DNA of 64,000 nucleotides, taken from contig NW_015162474.1 in NCBI RefSeq assembly GCF_001447785.1, positions 1,428,417-1,492,416 of the forward strand, in the 5' to 3' direction. The stretch's first letter is position 1, and each line of letters starts with the position of its first letter. Positions 13,718 to 25,993 of this stretch are shown piece by piece. Both the position numbers and the translations under genes were made by a program. Origin of the DNA: Gekko japonicus (Eukaryota). The notes under the pieces were generated by a model that was not told the origin of the DNA, did no database searches, and saw nothing but the letters and a program-made list of their open reading frames with translations.

Positions 13718-13920
13718 TCTTAAGAACATAAGAAAAGCCAATGTTGGATCAGACCAATGGCCCATCCAGTCCAACACTCTGTCATAAATACTGACCAAAA
13801 TACCAGGTGCCAACAGGAGCTCCAGCAGTGGGGCCAGGACACTAGAAGTCCTCCCTCTGTTGCCCACCAAGCACCAAGAATACAGTGCATCACTTGCCCC
13901 AGACAGACAGTTCCTATCTT
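13718..13920 (-). mobile_element. CR1 3'UTR fragment in YEATS4 intron 1
   Basis: Inverse of 26830-27040; TAAGAACATAAGA tail. Confidence 0.85.
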
Positions 13921-14098
13921 GTTTCAAGCACTGCCCAATAATATACATAAAAACACAAAGTAAAATGCAATAATACTAGAAACAAATATGACATCGAATG
14001 CCTTACTTTAACAATTAAGCATTTATAGCTTGCACAGAACTAACCCATCCATTGAAACTTACACTAATTGACTAAGTCTCCTCTAAATGAGCAATAGC

Positions 14099-14278
14099 TA
14101 AGGTTGCCAATTCCTGGAAATTAAGGGGTGAATCCTAGGGAGGGCAGAGTGTGGAGAAGGCCTATAATGCCATAGAGTTCACCTTCCAAACCTGTCATTG
14201 TCTTCCAAGAGAACTGATCTCTGTAATCGATATATTGGGCGATCTCCAGGCCTCACCTGGAGACAGGCAACCACCCTA
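14099..14278. repeat. MITE with TAGGGTTGCC-type termini (related fragments at 16220-16382, 20430-20566, 20860-20940)
   Basis: TAAGGTTGCCAA ... GGCAACCACCCTA inverted ends; shared internal sequence. Confidence 0.6.
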
Positions 14279-14399
14279 AAAGATGACGGTGTCACAGAAA
14301 CTACCCGCACACGCAGCGGCCTTCGGGAGTGCAAGAAGAAAGCAAGAGAGAGAGAAAAAGTCGCTCTCCCTTCCCTCCCAAGATAACTCTTGGTCTTGA

Positions 14400-15060
14400 A
14401 CCTGTCACTCAACCCAGCCGTTTAGGACGCGCGCTTTACTCTCCCGCCCACCGAGCCCGAACGAAGCTCACACCTTCACTCTCCCTCCAGAGTCAGGCCC
14501 AAACTCAGCCATTCTCTTGAACATATTGCACCGGAAACGAAGGCTCCTCCTCACGCCGCTCGAGAGCAGCCAGGCCGCCCTAAGGCGAGGCCTCCCCCAT
14601 CTGCCCTCACGCTTGAAGCGCCACGGAGCGTAAGAAGCCAAATGCTCCCTCCCTCAGCCTTTCCCACCGCGCTCGCACCCCCCCCCCCCTTCACGCTGTG
14701 CCTGAACCACTTCCGGCCATGGAGAGGAACGCAGTTGGCAGCGCTCCGCCGCCCTGCTCAGCGCCGCCCACCTTGACGGGAGAGTGGGAGGGGCCTGTGC
14801 CACGTGGTATAACGATAAACGGATTCTCTTCAAAGCGGAAGGCGGTTACTGTGGAGAAAACTCTTGGGGCTCTCGCGACAGCGGTTCAAGCCAGGATGAC
14901 GTCTGCGATGTAGTGAACGCGGCTAGTGGAAGATGTCCAACTGAACGCGCTGAGGATTTCCTTTAGGAAACAGGCCTTGGATGGCTCTTGCAGAGTCAGA
15001 GTCTCCGCGAGGAGAGGACCAGTGGAGGGACAATTCCGGGGGACCAAGTCAGCTGGAGGG
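14400..15060. promoter_or_regulatory. CpG-island promoter of YEATS4
   Basis: CpG-rich DNA around exon 1 with ETS-like CCGGAA/TTCCGG, E-box CCACGTGG (~14800), TCTCGCGA (~14871) and CRE-like TGACGTC (~14897). Confidence 0.8.
14474..14524 (-). CDS. YEATS4: YEATS4 (GAS41) coding exon 1, MFKRMAEFGPDSGGRVK
   Basis: Manual reverse-complement translation matches the vertebrate YEATS4 N-terminus; ATG at 14524-14522, GT donor at 14473-14472; lies in a CpG island. Confidence 0.97.
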
Positions 15061-17324
15061 CCCCTGAAGCCAGCATCATGCTGCATCCTCACCCCCGTAC
15101 AGCCAGTTATCTTATTTATTTATGCTTGAAACAAATGGTGCATTAACAACTGAATCACTTTATTACCCTTGACATTTAAGGCCACTTTTACACATATAGC
15201 TCCTATTTTGACATATTTATTGCCTCACAGTTTTCTCCCCTAATTAAATCCAAACAAACGGTGACTATATGAACTTAGCCTGTTACTGCTGTTTGGTCTT
15301 TGTATGTGTCAAAACATCTTCATTAAGTTGTATGCGAATTTAGCTTCCCTTTCAGTGTATCTGAAGAAGTGTGCATGCACGCAAAACCTCATACCTTTAA
15401 TAAACCTTTGTTGGCCTTAAAGGTGCTACGGGACTCAAAATTTGTTCTAAAGACCAACTCAGCTGCCCACCAGGATCTATTTTATCCTAATGCAGTTCTT
15501 ACTGCAGCCACTAGGGGTGCAGGGAGGTCTGAGCACAGGAAAAAACAAGACTCAAAACCACGAGTAGTTAGCTCTCTCGTTTGTGTGCTAACTCATTGAT
15601 CTTACTGCCTTGATCCAATCTCAGCTTCACTTATACATCTTAACTCCCCTCCTTCCTGTAAGGCTTGAAGAATTTTTGTTTCAATTTGTCTGAGGAAATG
15701 TACTTGCACAGGAAAGCTTACACCTTAGCAGGGGTCATTTCCTAGAAAAAGAGGTGCAGGAACTCATTAGCATAACTCATTTGCATATACCACATCCCCG
15801 GAAGTGTGTCAGAAGGCAGCGCCAACAGCTCAGGCTCCACAGGACTGTTTTGGATTGCTAGCTATTGGGGGGGGGGGGCACACATAGATCTGTCCTGGCA
15901 AAGGAGGGAGAGCTTGTACCTGAATAAAACTTGGTCTTAAAGGTGCCACTGGACTATTTTGGAGGGGGGGGCAGGGGGGGAGCTCTGTAACTTACCTGGC
16001 TGCTTCTTGCTCTGACTGAGGGCTGCTGGGAGCAGGGGGTGGAGCTTGTTGCATGTGCCCGCCCCCTAGGTTCTTTACTGCCGGAGCTCCGCTCCTGTGT
16101 GCTCCTGCAGGAAATGATCCCTGCACCTTAGATAAAACTTTGTTCATCTTAAAGGTGCCCCTGCACCCAAACTTTATTCTGTGGCTCCAGACCAACACAG
16201 CTACCCACCTGAATCTAACATCTCCAACTAGTGACTGAGATCAGTTCACCTGAAGAAAACGGCTGCTTTAGAAAGTGGACTCTATGGCATTATACCGCAT
16301 TGAAGTTCCCTCCCCAACCACCCTTCTCAAGCTCCACCCCCAAAATCTCCACATATTTCCCAACCTGTAGCTGGCAACCCTACTAACAAATCATGCTGAG
16401 CCCATCAACCAAGCTGGCATTGGAGCAAGACAAGAGAGCAGGGCTGATGGCTGCTTTAGTAATTCCCAGCTTGCAGCCTGCTAACAAGGTGGTTGTCTCT
16501 AAATCTGTCCTCTGTTCTTTTCCTTGTTCCCAGCTCCAATGTTTTGCCTGCCCAGCCAGAGTTTGCAAAGTGGTAGTTAGTGTGTTGCGACAAGATAAAA
16601 CAGCCTTTCCCTCTCTACTTAATTTATTTCCCTCTTTCCCACACTTTTTCCATTCATTTCTCTCCCCTTCCACCTAATTTTTGTGTTCCCCTCCCCTTAT
16701 TTCGAAGTCTTGATCTCTTATCTCCTTCTCATCCCTATCCTGCTTGGCAACTTAGAATGTACTCAAGAGTAATATAGTAGCAAATTTTTGTTAGTATTAT
16801 GAACAGAAACTGGGGGAGTAATATTTTCCAATGATCTAATAAAATAATAAAAGGATGCTCTCCACCCTTTATATGCATGGTAATGGAACATTATCTGTTT
16901 TAGTAGTTATACATGTGGAACAAGTTAGAACTCCCAGCTCAGGTGCTGAGTTATCATTATTATTCATAGAATCATAGAGTTGGAAGGGGCCATACACACC
17001 ATCTAGTCCAACCCCCTGCCCAATGTGTTGGTGGGAGATCAATAGTCCTTTGTAAGGGCTACTTTGCTATATGACAAATGACACCATCTTTTTGACATCA
17101 GCAAAATCCATCCCAGTGGTCCAAGTACTTCTCATGAAGCACCACTATATAATTCAGTTTGTCCCTGCTTTAGTACTAGGTGAAGTTACAAGAGTAAATT
17201 AAAATAGATTTCTTACTGATTTGGTTACTAAAAAATTATTGAGACATGCATTTTTTGTGAACTAGAGCCCATTTCATCAGATGAAAGAAGTGTATTTTGT
17301 ATTTGTAGACCTGTATAGTAAAAT

Positions 17325-17655
17325 AAAGGTAAAGGTTTCCTTTGCTCGAAAGCCAGTTGCATCTAACTCTAGGGGGCGGTGCTCATCTCCGTTTCCAAGC
17401 TGAAGAGCCAGCACTGTCCGAAGTCTTCTCCGTGGTCATGTGCTCGGCGTGACTAAATGCTGAGGTGCATGGAACGTTGTTACCTTCCCACCAAAGTGGT
17501 ACCCATTTATCTACTTGCAATTTCTTGCTTTCGAACTGTTAGGTCGGCAGGAGCTGGGGCCAGAGATGGGAGCTCACTCTGTCACACAGCACTAGGGTCT
17601 TGAACTACCGACCTTCCGCTCTGCAGCTAAGCGTCTTAACCTCTAAGCCACCACG
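17325..17655 (-). mobile_element. Sauria SINE
   Basis: AAAGGTAAAGGT tail and the same body as the other copies. Confidence 0.88.
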
Positions 17656-17705
17656 TATTTTAATTGTATATATAAAATTACAAAATTAGATACATAGCTA
17701 TAGAG

Positions 17706-18035
17706 CAGGGGTGTCAAACATACAGCCCACAGCCTGAAACCAGCCCCTGCAGGGCTTGTATCCGGCCTATGAGCAACTGGCTGTCTCCTGCTTCCTTCTC
17801 TGGGGCTGCTGCTGCATTGCAGCTCGCTTTCACCTGGCTCCCCTCAATCGCTCTCTCCTGCTTCCTTCTGTTAGGGTTGCTGCTGTGTTGCAGCTTGCTT
17901 TTGCAAGGCTCCCTCAATCATGCAGGGAAAATACAAAGCCAAGCCTCCCTTCCCTCCATTGGCTGAGGCCTTCTCCCCACTCCTCCTCCTTTGGGGAGGA
18001 AGGGAGGGGGAGGGGAAAAAGAGAATGAGAGAGAA
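17706..18035 (+). mobile_element. hAT MITE end (CAGGGGTGTCAAAC)
   Basis: Charlie-type TIR; homologous in inverse orientation to 21085-21400. Confidence 0.7.
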
Positions 18036-18589
18036 TAAAGTCAGAGTCCCATAGCACCTTTAAAACCAACAAAGTTTTATTCCAGGTATAAGATTTCATG
18101 TGCATGCACACTTCTTCAGAGTGAAGGTGATTCTTCTGACAAGCGCAATTTACCCTGAGATTGCCCTGCTCTGCTGTTTAGACTTGATCACATACACACA
18201 TTAAAAAAGAAGGTGCATTGGGATCAGGGGAAAGGAGAAAAGGAAATTATTTTGGCTTATTCTGAAAGGTTTTATTTTCTTCAAAAGACCCTGATTAGGA
18301 ATTACAACACTTGATTAGATTCCATTGTTTAATGACTGGAAGTAGGTGGCTAAATATTTAAAAATACATTTATGTTTCCATATGTTCCAGTTCAACACAT
18401 CTCCCTCTCTCCCCTCCCACCTCGCTGGCTGCCTTTCTTCACATTAACCCCCCCTCCCCTTTGCTTTTTAACTGTTTCATTACCATCACTAGCACTGAGT
18501 GCACTTTGCCCAGTCTAAAATCAACACAGTAACAGATGGGGGGGGGACCTAACAGCATAGCCTGAAATCTTTTGTTAGTGGAAAGGAGC

Positions 18590-19110
18590 AAGAGTCCAGT
18601 ACCACCTTAACGATTAACAAAATTTGTGGCAGGGTATGAGTTTCTGTGAATAACTGATCACTTCTTCAGATACTTATATCTTGGAGAATGGAGTGATTTC
18701 AGATGCTAAATGACAATAGCAGGCATAGGTAATGAGACAGGAAAACTAGGTTGCTGTTCAATACAGGAGGATGCATGGTCTTTACCTTCATTATCAGTTG
18801 CCATTCAGCAGTCTCTCTTTCTAATCTCCCTCTGAAATTCCTTTGTTAAGAGAACTGCTACAGCAGCAACTGAATGTCCTGGAAGGTTAAAACGTTCCTC
18901 CAGTTTTTTAAATGTTGCAATTTCTAATGTCAGACTTAACTTCATTTATTCTTTGCATGCTCCTGGACTGAATCCTGGACTGAACTGAAACCTAGGTTTT
19001 CTGTCTCATTACCAGTATCCACACCTACTACCCCTCTGCATATCACACCTAATCCAATCAAGCTCACTGTTGTCATTCACCTGCCATTGCCACCTGAAAT
19101 CACCTTTATA
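18590..19110. mobile_element. Penelope-like fragment of the same family as 8542-9043
   Basis: Shared pLTR sequence and GGACTGAA..CCTAGGTTTTCTGTCTCATTAC ORF end. Confidence 0.75.
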
Positions 19111-21084
19111 AAATTTATATCTCTGGTATCTTGAGTTACATGTTATGGCTCACATGGCCTGGCCTGACAAAGTGACATTTGTGTTAGATCCAGCCCTCAT
19201 AACGAATGAGTTCAACAACTCTGCTACAGAGAGTAATATTGAAAGGCACAGGCTGTGGAAATGGAGTAGATGTGGAGGGCATTTTTGGCAGGCACAGTTT
19301 ATCTGAAAAGAGGAAAACCACTGCTTTGTTTGAAGAATTATGATGACTTCTATAGATATGAGGGACCTGCTCCTGACCACTGTGCTCATATTTAACAGCA
19401 GTTTGAACACTTCCACCTGCCAGAAGCATTGCAGCAGTACTTGATGAAGCAATAGCAATATCTTTCAAGGTGCTTGGATGTCTGCAGTAAGCACGTCTTT
19501 GAACTGTGGGTAACCATCCTTGTTATAATACATTCATCCGTACCATAGCTGAAGCCCATGAGAAATTATGTTTATTTGTTAAAGTACAACAGGACTTTTT
19601 CTTTAACAAACTAGTGAAGAAGCTTTGCGGTACCTGGGCACTAGAGCTTTTCCACAGGCCTGCTTTATGAAGAATCTGTTTGTTCTGAATTTAGTATTTT
19701 TTATATTTTCAGGAGTCTTGCCATGCAGCCTGCTGCCGAGATCCTTTACTAACCTAATGGCTTAATACAAGGTTGACTTTGCCTTGCAATTCTGCCTTTG
19801 TACTTCCTAGTTAATTATTCATAAATACAATCAGTAGTGAAAAAGCCCTGCACTCAAAAATAATCTCTGGACCACTGCAAATCGTACATCCCCACATTTA
19901 GGGGACTATCCCTATAATGGGACTTATGCTGGTCACTGTGCTCCAAAGCAGGCTGGCCCCAGAACAAATGCAGATAAACTGGGGTACCTTGACCCTCCCC
20001 AGAAGCTTGGGACCGCTCCAAACCATATGCTCACAAACTCAACAGACTATGTTCTACAAGGTGATGTGCACTGAAGCTCAGTCCAAACACTTCTGTGTTG
20101 GATGAAGCCTAAAGGATCGTATTGGAAAGATGCCCTGAATAAGTATTTGGAATGCCTCCATGGCTTCTGCCCCTCTCCCCATAAGCTTTGAATCACCCAG
20201 AGTTGCACATTCAGTTATCTTTAATGTAAATTTTGGACTAATCGCATCTATCATCATAATATTAAAGTTACTGTTCTCTGTAAAACATTCTAGCTGGAAA
20301 TATGAGTTCAAGTCCTTTTAAAAATACGTTGTGGTAACTTATGTATTCGTTTTAGACCAATAGAAGATAAAATGTTGGTGTTCGGTGTAGTACCCTCATG
20401 ACCTTGATCTTTCGGCACATATTTTCCATTGGGTTGCCAACCTCCAGGTTGGACCTGGAGATCACCCAGAATTACAACTGATTTCCAGACAACATGGACC
20501 AGTTCCCCTGAAGACTATGGCACATCCCTGCCAAGCTCCCTGCCCTACCCAGGCCCCATCTCCAAATCTCCAGGAATTTATTTCCGTACCTGCAGTTAGC
20601 AACCCTTGCTTGTCTATTACTTGGGTAATGCCTAGACCACTTATGGCCCCTGTAGGAGCACAGAGGTACCCTTTCTGGTGTCACCAGGAATGTGTATGAT
20701 TCAGGGTAGTCCGAAGTTTTCTGAAGGGTGAAGAGAGCATGCAGCTGTCCTCATTCTTTATTTAGGGCAACTCTCCAATGTTTTCCTACAGGTTTCTTGG
20801 GAACACCCCACTTAGAAGGTCTTAGCAAAAAAAAAAAAAAAAAAAGGGAGTGGTCTCCTACAGTTGCCAATCTCCAGTGGAGCTCCCTCAGAAAAAACTG
20901 TAGCTTCTGAGGGTCTACTCTGTGGCACTACAATTCCTGCCAAAATAATTTCCTCAATCTACATTGTGCTTGTCAGAAGAATCCACCCACCCTCTCCCTC
21001 CCTCCCAAGAAGTATGCTTGCACAGAAAAGTTTATACTTGGAATAAAACGTTGGTCTTGAAGCTGCAATGAGACTCCAATTTTG

Positions 21085-21400
21085 TTTTCTCTTTCTCTTT
21101 CCTCACCTCCCTCCCCATAAGAGGAGCAGCAGCCCCAGAGAAGGAAGCAGAAGCTCTATGCATGAGAAAGAGACAGAGGCTTGTCTTTGTATCTCTCTTG
21201 CATGAAGCAGCCATGGAGTGCTCTTGGGGGGGGGGGGAGGCAAGAGGCAGGAAGCAAAGAGCCACTGAGAGACCTGGGAAAAAGCAAGCATGGGTGCAGC
21301 TGCAGCAGCCCTGGGAAAGGAAGCAGAAGGAAGTTGGGGGGCTGGATTTGAGCCCTGTGCAGGCTGGATTTGGCCATAGGCCACACGTTTAACACCCCTG
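21085..21400 (-). mobile_element. hAT MITE end, inverted homolog of 17706-18035
   Basis: Ends in GTTTAACACCCCTG. Confidence 0.7.
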
Positions 21401-21535
21401 GTTTAAAGCGGGGGGGGGGTGCTATCCCACTTCCTTAATTGCCATTTCCTCCCCAATACAATCCTCTAGACTTCCTAGGGACATCCCAAATTTCTGTTTT
21501 TATTCATCATCTGATCAGGCAAGTAACTTAGCTGA

Positions 21536-24500
21536 TCTTCTTTGTGGTCACTGTGCATCACACGCATGGGATTATGCACCTGCACAGATCTGAATCGGTG
21601 GTATACAAAGTTGGATTCGCCAATTCGGCAGCTGAACCCCCCCGGTATCGGAGGTCTCTGACTCAGATTCTGGTGCCGAGTACTCGGATGGGACCAGTTC
21701 AACAGGGGGTCCTTCACCCAAGCCTACAGTGTCTGACGAACTTCCAATCTCACCTTCAGAAGACCTTTCTTCATACGGAGATTTGGTCAAAAGGATGGAA
21801 CATTCCTTAGGGCTGTCAATAGTCCAACCCCTTAAAAAGCGAAAGTAGCTGGGAGCCCTCGTCCAAAAGAAACCACCGAGTTGGCTAAAATGTTGGCAGA
21901 ATCCCTGCGCCCCCTGCTGGACCAGATGACTAATCTCAAGGAACAGCTGTCAACGATGAACCAATGCATCACTACTCAGCAGCTTCAATTGAATGAGACT
22001 CTTAAAATTACAGAGCAAACAGCTGAGAAAGTGAAAGAAGTTGACGCCAGTACTCAAAAAGTGAAGAAAAAGGTGCAAAAACTGGAAAAGAAGCAAGTCT
22101 CTACAGAAGGACAACTTTTGCAGCTACAAATGGAGAAGGCAAACCTGGTCCTTCGGTTCAAAGGTGTCCCAGAATCCAAAGGCGAGAATCTGAAGCAAAT
22201 GATGAGCGAAGTACTAGCCCCAGTGACAGATTTGAAGGCGGAATACCTTATGAGCGAGATGGATGTGGCCTACAGGTCTTATTCCGTATTCATAAAGAAG
22301 ACTAATCTGCCTGGGGAAATAGTAATGAGATTCTCGAAGAGGCATGTGAGGAATTCTATCCTGAGAGCGACTGCGGGGTCACCCTTGAAAATTGGGGACA
22401 ATACTATCAGGATCTCGAAGGATATCCCATTTGAAATAAGACAAAGGAGAAAAAAATACAAAGATTTAATTCTTTTTCTTCAAATGAATGCAATTGTGTA
22501 CAGGTGGTTTAATTCTTTTTCTCCAAACGAATGCAATTGTGTACAGGTGGTTAATTCCAGAGGGCGTAACCTTCAAAATTCAGGACAAAAAAGAAAAGAT
22601 TGACTCTGTTTCCAAAGCACGGGAGTTCTTGAGAATCCAGTTGGGTGAGCCAGAGGAGGTGGATAAAGAGGAGAAGGACAGCAAGTTCAGTGGCGAGTTG
22701 GACTCGGGGTCTTCCGGAGAGGACTCTCTTTCTGAAAAGGGGGGGGGGCTGCCCCTAAAAGTCCATACAAACAGGAAAAGACAAGATAAGAAAAAATGAA
22801 GGCTGAAGGACTCTGAATTGTGCCTTTGAAAGTATAGCTTTTAATAATGAGATGCTCTGGGGTTTCTTTCTAACAGTTAAATTTAACATTTAAAAGATAT
22901 TTTAGCATGTCTGACTAAGTTCAAAACATATTAGCAATTTAAGGAAAGACTTTGTACTCAAGCTGTTTTAATGATCTCCTACTCTTGGGGTTTTAGTTAG
23001 TAGTAGTTATCTTTTCTTTCTCCTTAACTGTAGTTCCCTTCCCTTATCTTTGTTGTAGTTTGTAGTCCATTTAAATAAGCAATTAAAAAACCCGCTCCGT
23101 CGGTGTTGGATGCGGTCTTCCATGTCGTGCAACTCGACACCTCCACAGCAGTCGCCCTCCCCATGTCGACCGCCCTTCTCCAGGCAGCAAAGGCTCCATG
23201 GGATAAACCATCCTCTATCCCTGTGTCTTCCAGAAGGCTGGATCATATGTATAAGGTCCAGGAGACAGAGGCTGAATTTCTCCAAGTCCATCCTAAACCC
23301 AATTCCATGGTCGTGTCCCTTGCTACACCTTCTGATAAGGATGGGGGAAAGTTGGATTCGTTTGGCCGACGTTTTTATTCAGCTGGGCCGACGTTTTTAT
23401 TCAGCTGGAGCTCTAGGAATTAAAACATCCAATTATATTTGCTTGCATGGGCTGTTATGAGTACTAGCTCTGGGAGCGCTTTACTGATCTCTTGACCTCA
23501 GTACCCGATGACAAACGTCAAGAGGCCAGGAAGCTGCAAAAGGAAGGGTTGTTACTTTCTAAGCAGATCATCAATTCCTCCAAACATGCCTTGGACACGT
23601 TTTCCAAGACAATGTCTTCCGCAGTCGCCCTCCGTAGGCACTCCTGGCTTAGAACCACCCTTGATGTCCTTCGTTGCCTCGTTCTCCGGGTCAACCACAA
23701 AAAGTCACAGTTGGTTCTGTCTCAGAGAGTGCAGTTCATAGGGGCAATACTCAACTCCACAAAAGGCAATGCTTTCCTGCCCCGGGACAGAGCCCTCACT
23801 CTAGCCGCCCTTGCAAAACAGGTTCGGCTACACGACACATCGTATGCTTTCAACATTCAGCGCCTTCTGGGCCTCATGGCAGCTACAACTGCAGTCCTTC
23901 GTTTCTCAAGACTGTGAATGCATCCACTTCAGCTCTGGTTCCAAAGGCACATCAAGCCCCTACGAATAAGCCAGTCAGTTTGTCGCTCTCTGTCACAGGA
24001 AGCACGCAACTCCCTTCTCTGGTGGACACTGGCGGACAAACTGATACGGGGTGTCCCTTTCCATCCACTCACTCCTGGTCTCACCCTCACAACTGACGCC
24101 TCGCTGTGGGGATGGGGACCTCACCTCAACGGCCTCTCTGTAAGTCACAGGTGGGATGCCTTGACTTCTACATCAATTTTTTGGAACTTGTGGCAATTAA
24201 GCTAGCCCTCCAATGTTTTCAGCCCCTTCTCACGGGGAAATGTGTGTCTGTGTTGACCGACAATACAATGGCCCTCTCTTACATCAACAGACAGGGTAGA
24301 ACGGTCTCCCGCAGTTTATGCCACCTGGCTCTGGACGTTTGGGCCTGGTGCATACCTCTGCACATTTTCCCCATTGCCTCACACATAGCTGGAATTACCA
24401 ATGTGCATGCAGACCTACTCAGCAGGGGTCTCTCTCAGCATCTCGACTGGGAGCTGAACTGGACTTACCTACGTCCCATATCCCAAAGATAGGGAACGCC

Positions 24501-25993
24501 TCACGTTGACGTGTTTGTCACCTGGTGCAATGCGAAGTGTGCCCTATTCTGCTACAGAGGGGCACGAGATCCCAAGGCCTTGGGAGACGGGCTTGTTTAC
24601 CCTTGGAGCAACAACTTCCTTTACATGTTCCCTCCTCTGCCGCTGTTGCTGAGGACGGTCCAAAAGCTCATGAGGGTTCACACAAAATGCATCCTGATCG
24701 TCCCCGGGTGGCCGAGACAACCCTGGTTTGCCAATCTCATTTTGCTGAACAGAGACCACCACCCCCTTCCACAGGTGCCAGATCTGCTCCTAGCAGGGAA
24801 TGGTGCACTTCTGTTCCACGAGGTCCACAAGCTCAGACTAACAGCCTATCTCGTGGAAGTTTGACATTTTCAGAGTTACTACTGTGTTACTCAATGCCAG
24901 GAAGGACTCTACCCGACGTTCCTTCAGCGGGAAGTGGGCTCGTTTCTTAGCCTTTTTACAGCCCTCAGACGTACCTCTGGCTTCTGTGGAGCTGGACCTA
25001 ATTCTGGAATTTTTGCTTTCGCTGGTGGAAAAGGGCCTCTCACACTCCTCCATTAGAGTCTACTTGTTGGCTATTTTTGCCTACCATTCAGGTATCGAGG
25101 GTCTCTCTATCTTCTCTCACCCGATCTCAAAGAAATTCCTGAAGGGTCTGCTCCACTTATATCCGCTGATCTGTTTGCCGGTACCTTTCTAGGACTTGAC
25201 ACTGGTGCTGCGTCATCTGATGGGACGACCCTTTGAGCCAATGGCAACCTGCGAACTGAAACATGCCGCCTGGAAAACTGCCTTTCTCATCACCATTACC
25301 TTGGCCAGAAGGGTGGGCGAACTCGTGGCCCTTCGTCATGACCCACCCTTACTTGTCTTCCTACCGGATGGCGTGAGACTGGTACCTGACTTCTCTTTCC
25401 TGCCTAAAGTGGTCTCCGAGTTCCATCTCAGTTCAGAGATCTTCTTGACGAACTTCTTTCCTAGCCCAAAAGATGGCCAACAGCGTCTCCTCCATGCACT
25501 ACATGTTAAACACTATGCTGTTGATGTTCGTGAACGCCACAGAGTGGACCTTGGTCGTCTAGTCCTTTTCTCAGCAGAGCACTAAGTGTACGACAGCACC
25601 CACCTCCAAATGAGCCACTGCTTTTCAATCTCCCATGGGTGATGCACAGAGACCACGAAGAAGATAAACAGGTTGCTTACCTGTAACTGATGATCTTCAA
25701 GTGGTCATCTGTGCAGTCACACCACCCGCCCTTCCTTCCCCACTGCTGTCACTTCAGTACTTTTCTCTGGTTATTGACATGACGGCGGTCAGAAGGAACT
25801 GGCGGGATGTCCACGCCCCGCCTCTTTGGGCATGCGCAATGAGGTTCCCGTGCATGCCAGGGAGTGAGGCGCAAAAATCCCATTGTGAGCTTTGTACACC
25901 ACCAATTCGGATCAGCGCAGGCGCATAATCCCATGGGTGTGACTGCAGACGACCACTTAAAAGATAATCAGTTACAGGTAAGCAACCTATTTT
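21536..25993 (+). mobile_element. DIRS1-type tyrosine-recombinase retrotransposon, internally deleted and inactive
   Basis: Left ITR 21536-21610 is the inverse of right ITR 25890-25963; ICR 25630-25725 is complementary to both termini; gag (21625-21830, 23091-23660), RT C-terminus (VNHKKSQL..VQFIGAIL), RNase H (TTDASLWGWG, LELVAI, TDN, NVHADLLSR), methyltransferase-like (YMFPP, PGWPRQPWF) and tyrosine recombinase (24860-25520, ARRVGEL). Confidence 0.93.
21831..23090 (+). mobile_element. ORF1-only L1 derivative (HAL1-like), 5'-truncated, inserted into the DIRS gag
   Basis: ORFs 21881..22603 and 22488..22799 resemble L1 ORF1p (coiled coil, LRFKGVPE, IVMRFS, IRISKDIP..IRQRRK); short 3'UTR and A-rich end; AACCC duplicated at 21826-21830 and 23089-23093; gag frame IVQP|APSVLDAVF is restored when the insert is removed. 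Confidence 0.85.

Noticed and set aside
19700-20161. Faint LYZ-like traces on the minus strand (MEAFQILIQGIFP..., GAAGTGTTTGGA, ATGGCAAGACTCCT = GKTP)
   Set aside because: Only short, hand-picked matches; no cysteine pattern or STDYG/QINS motif; compatible with chance
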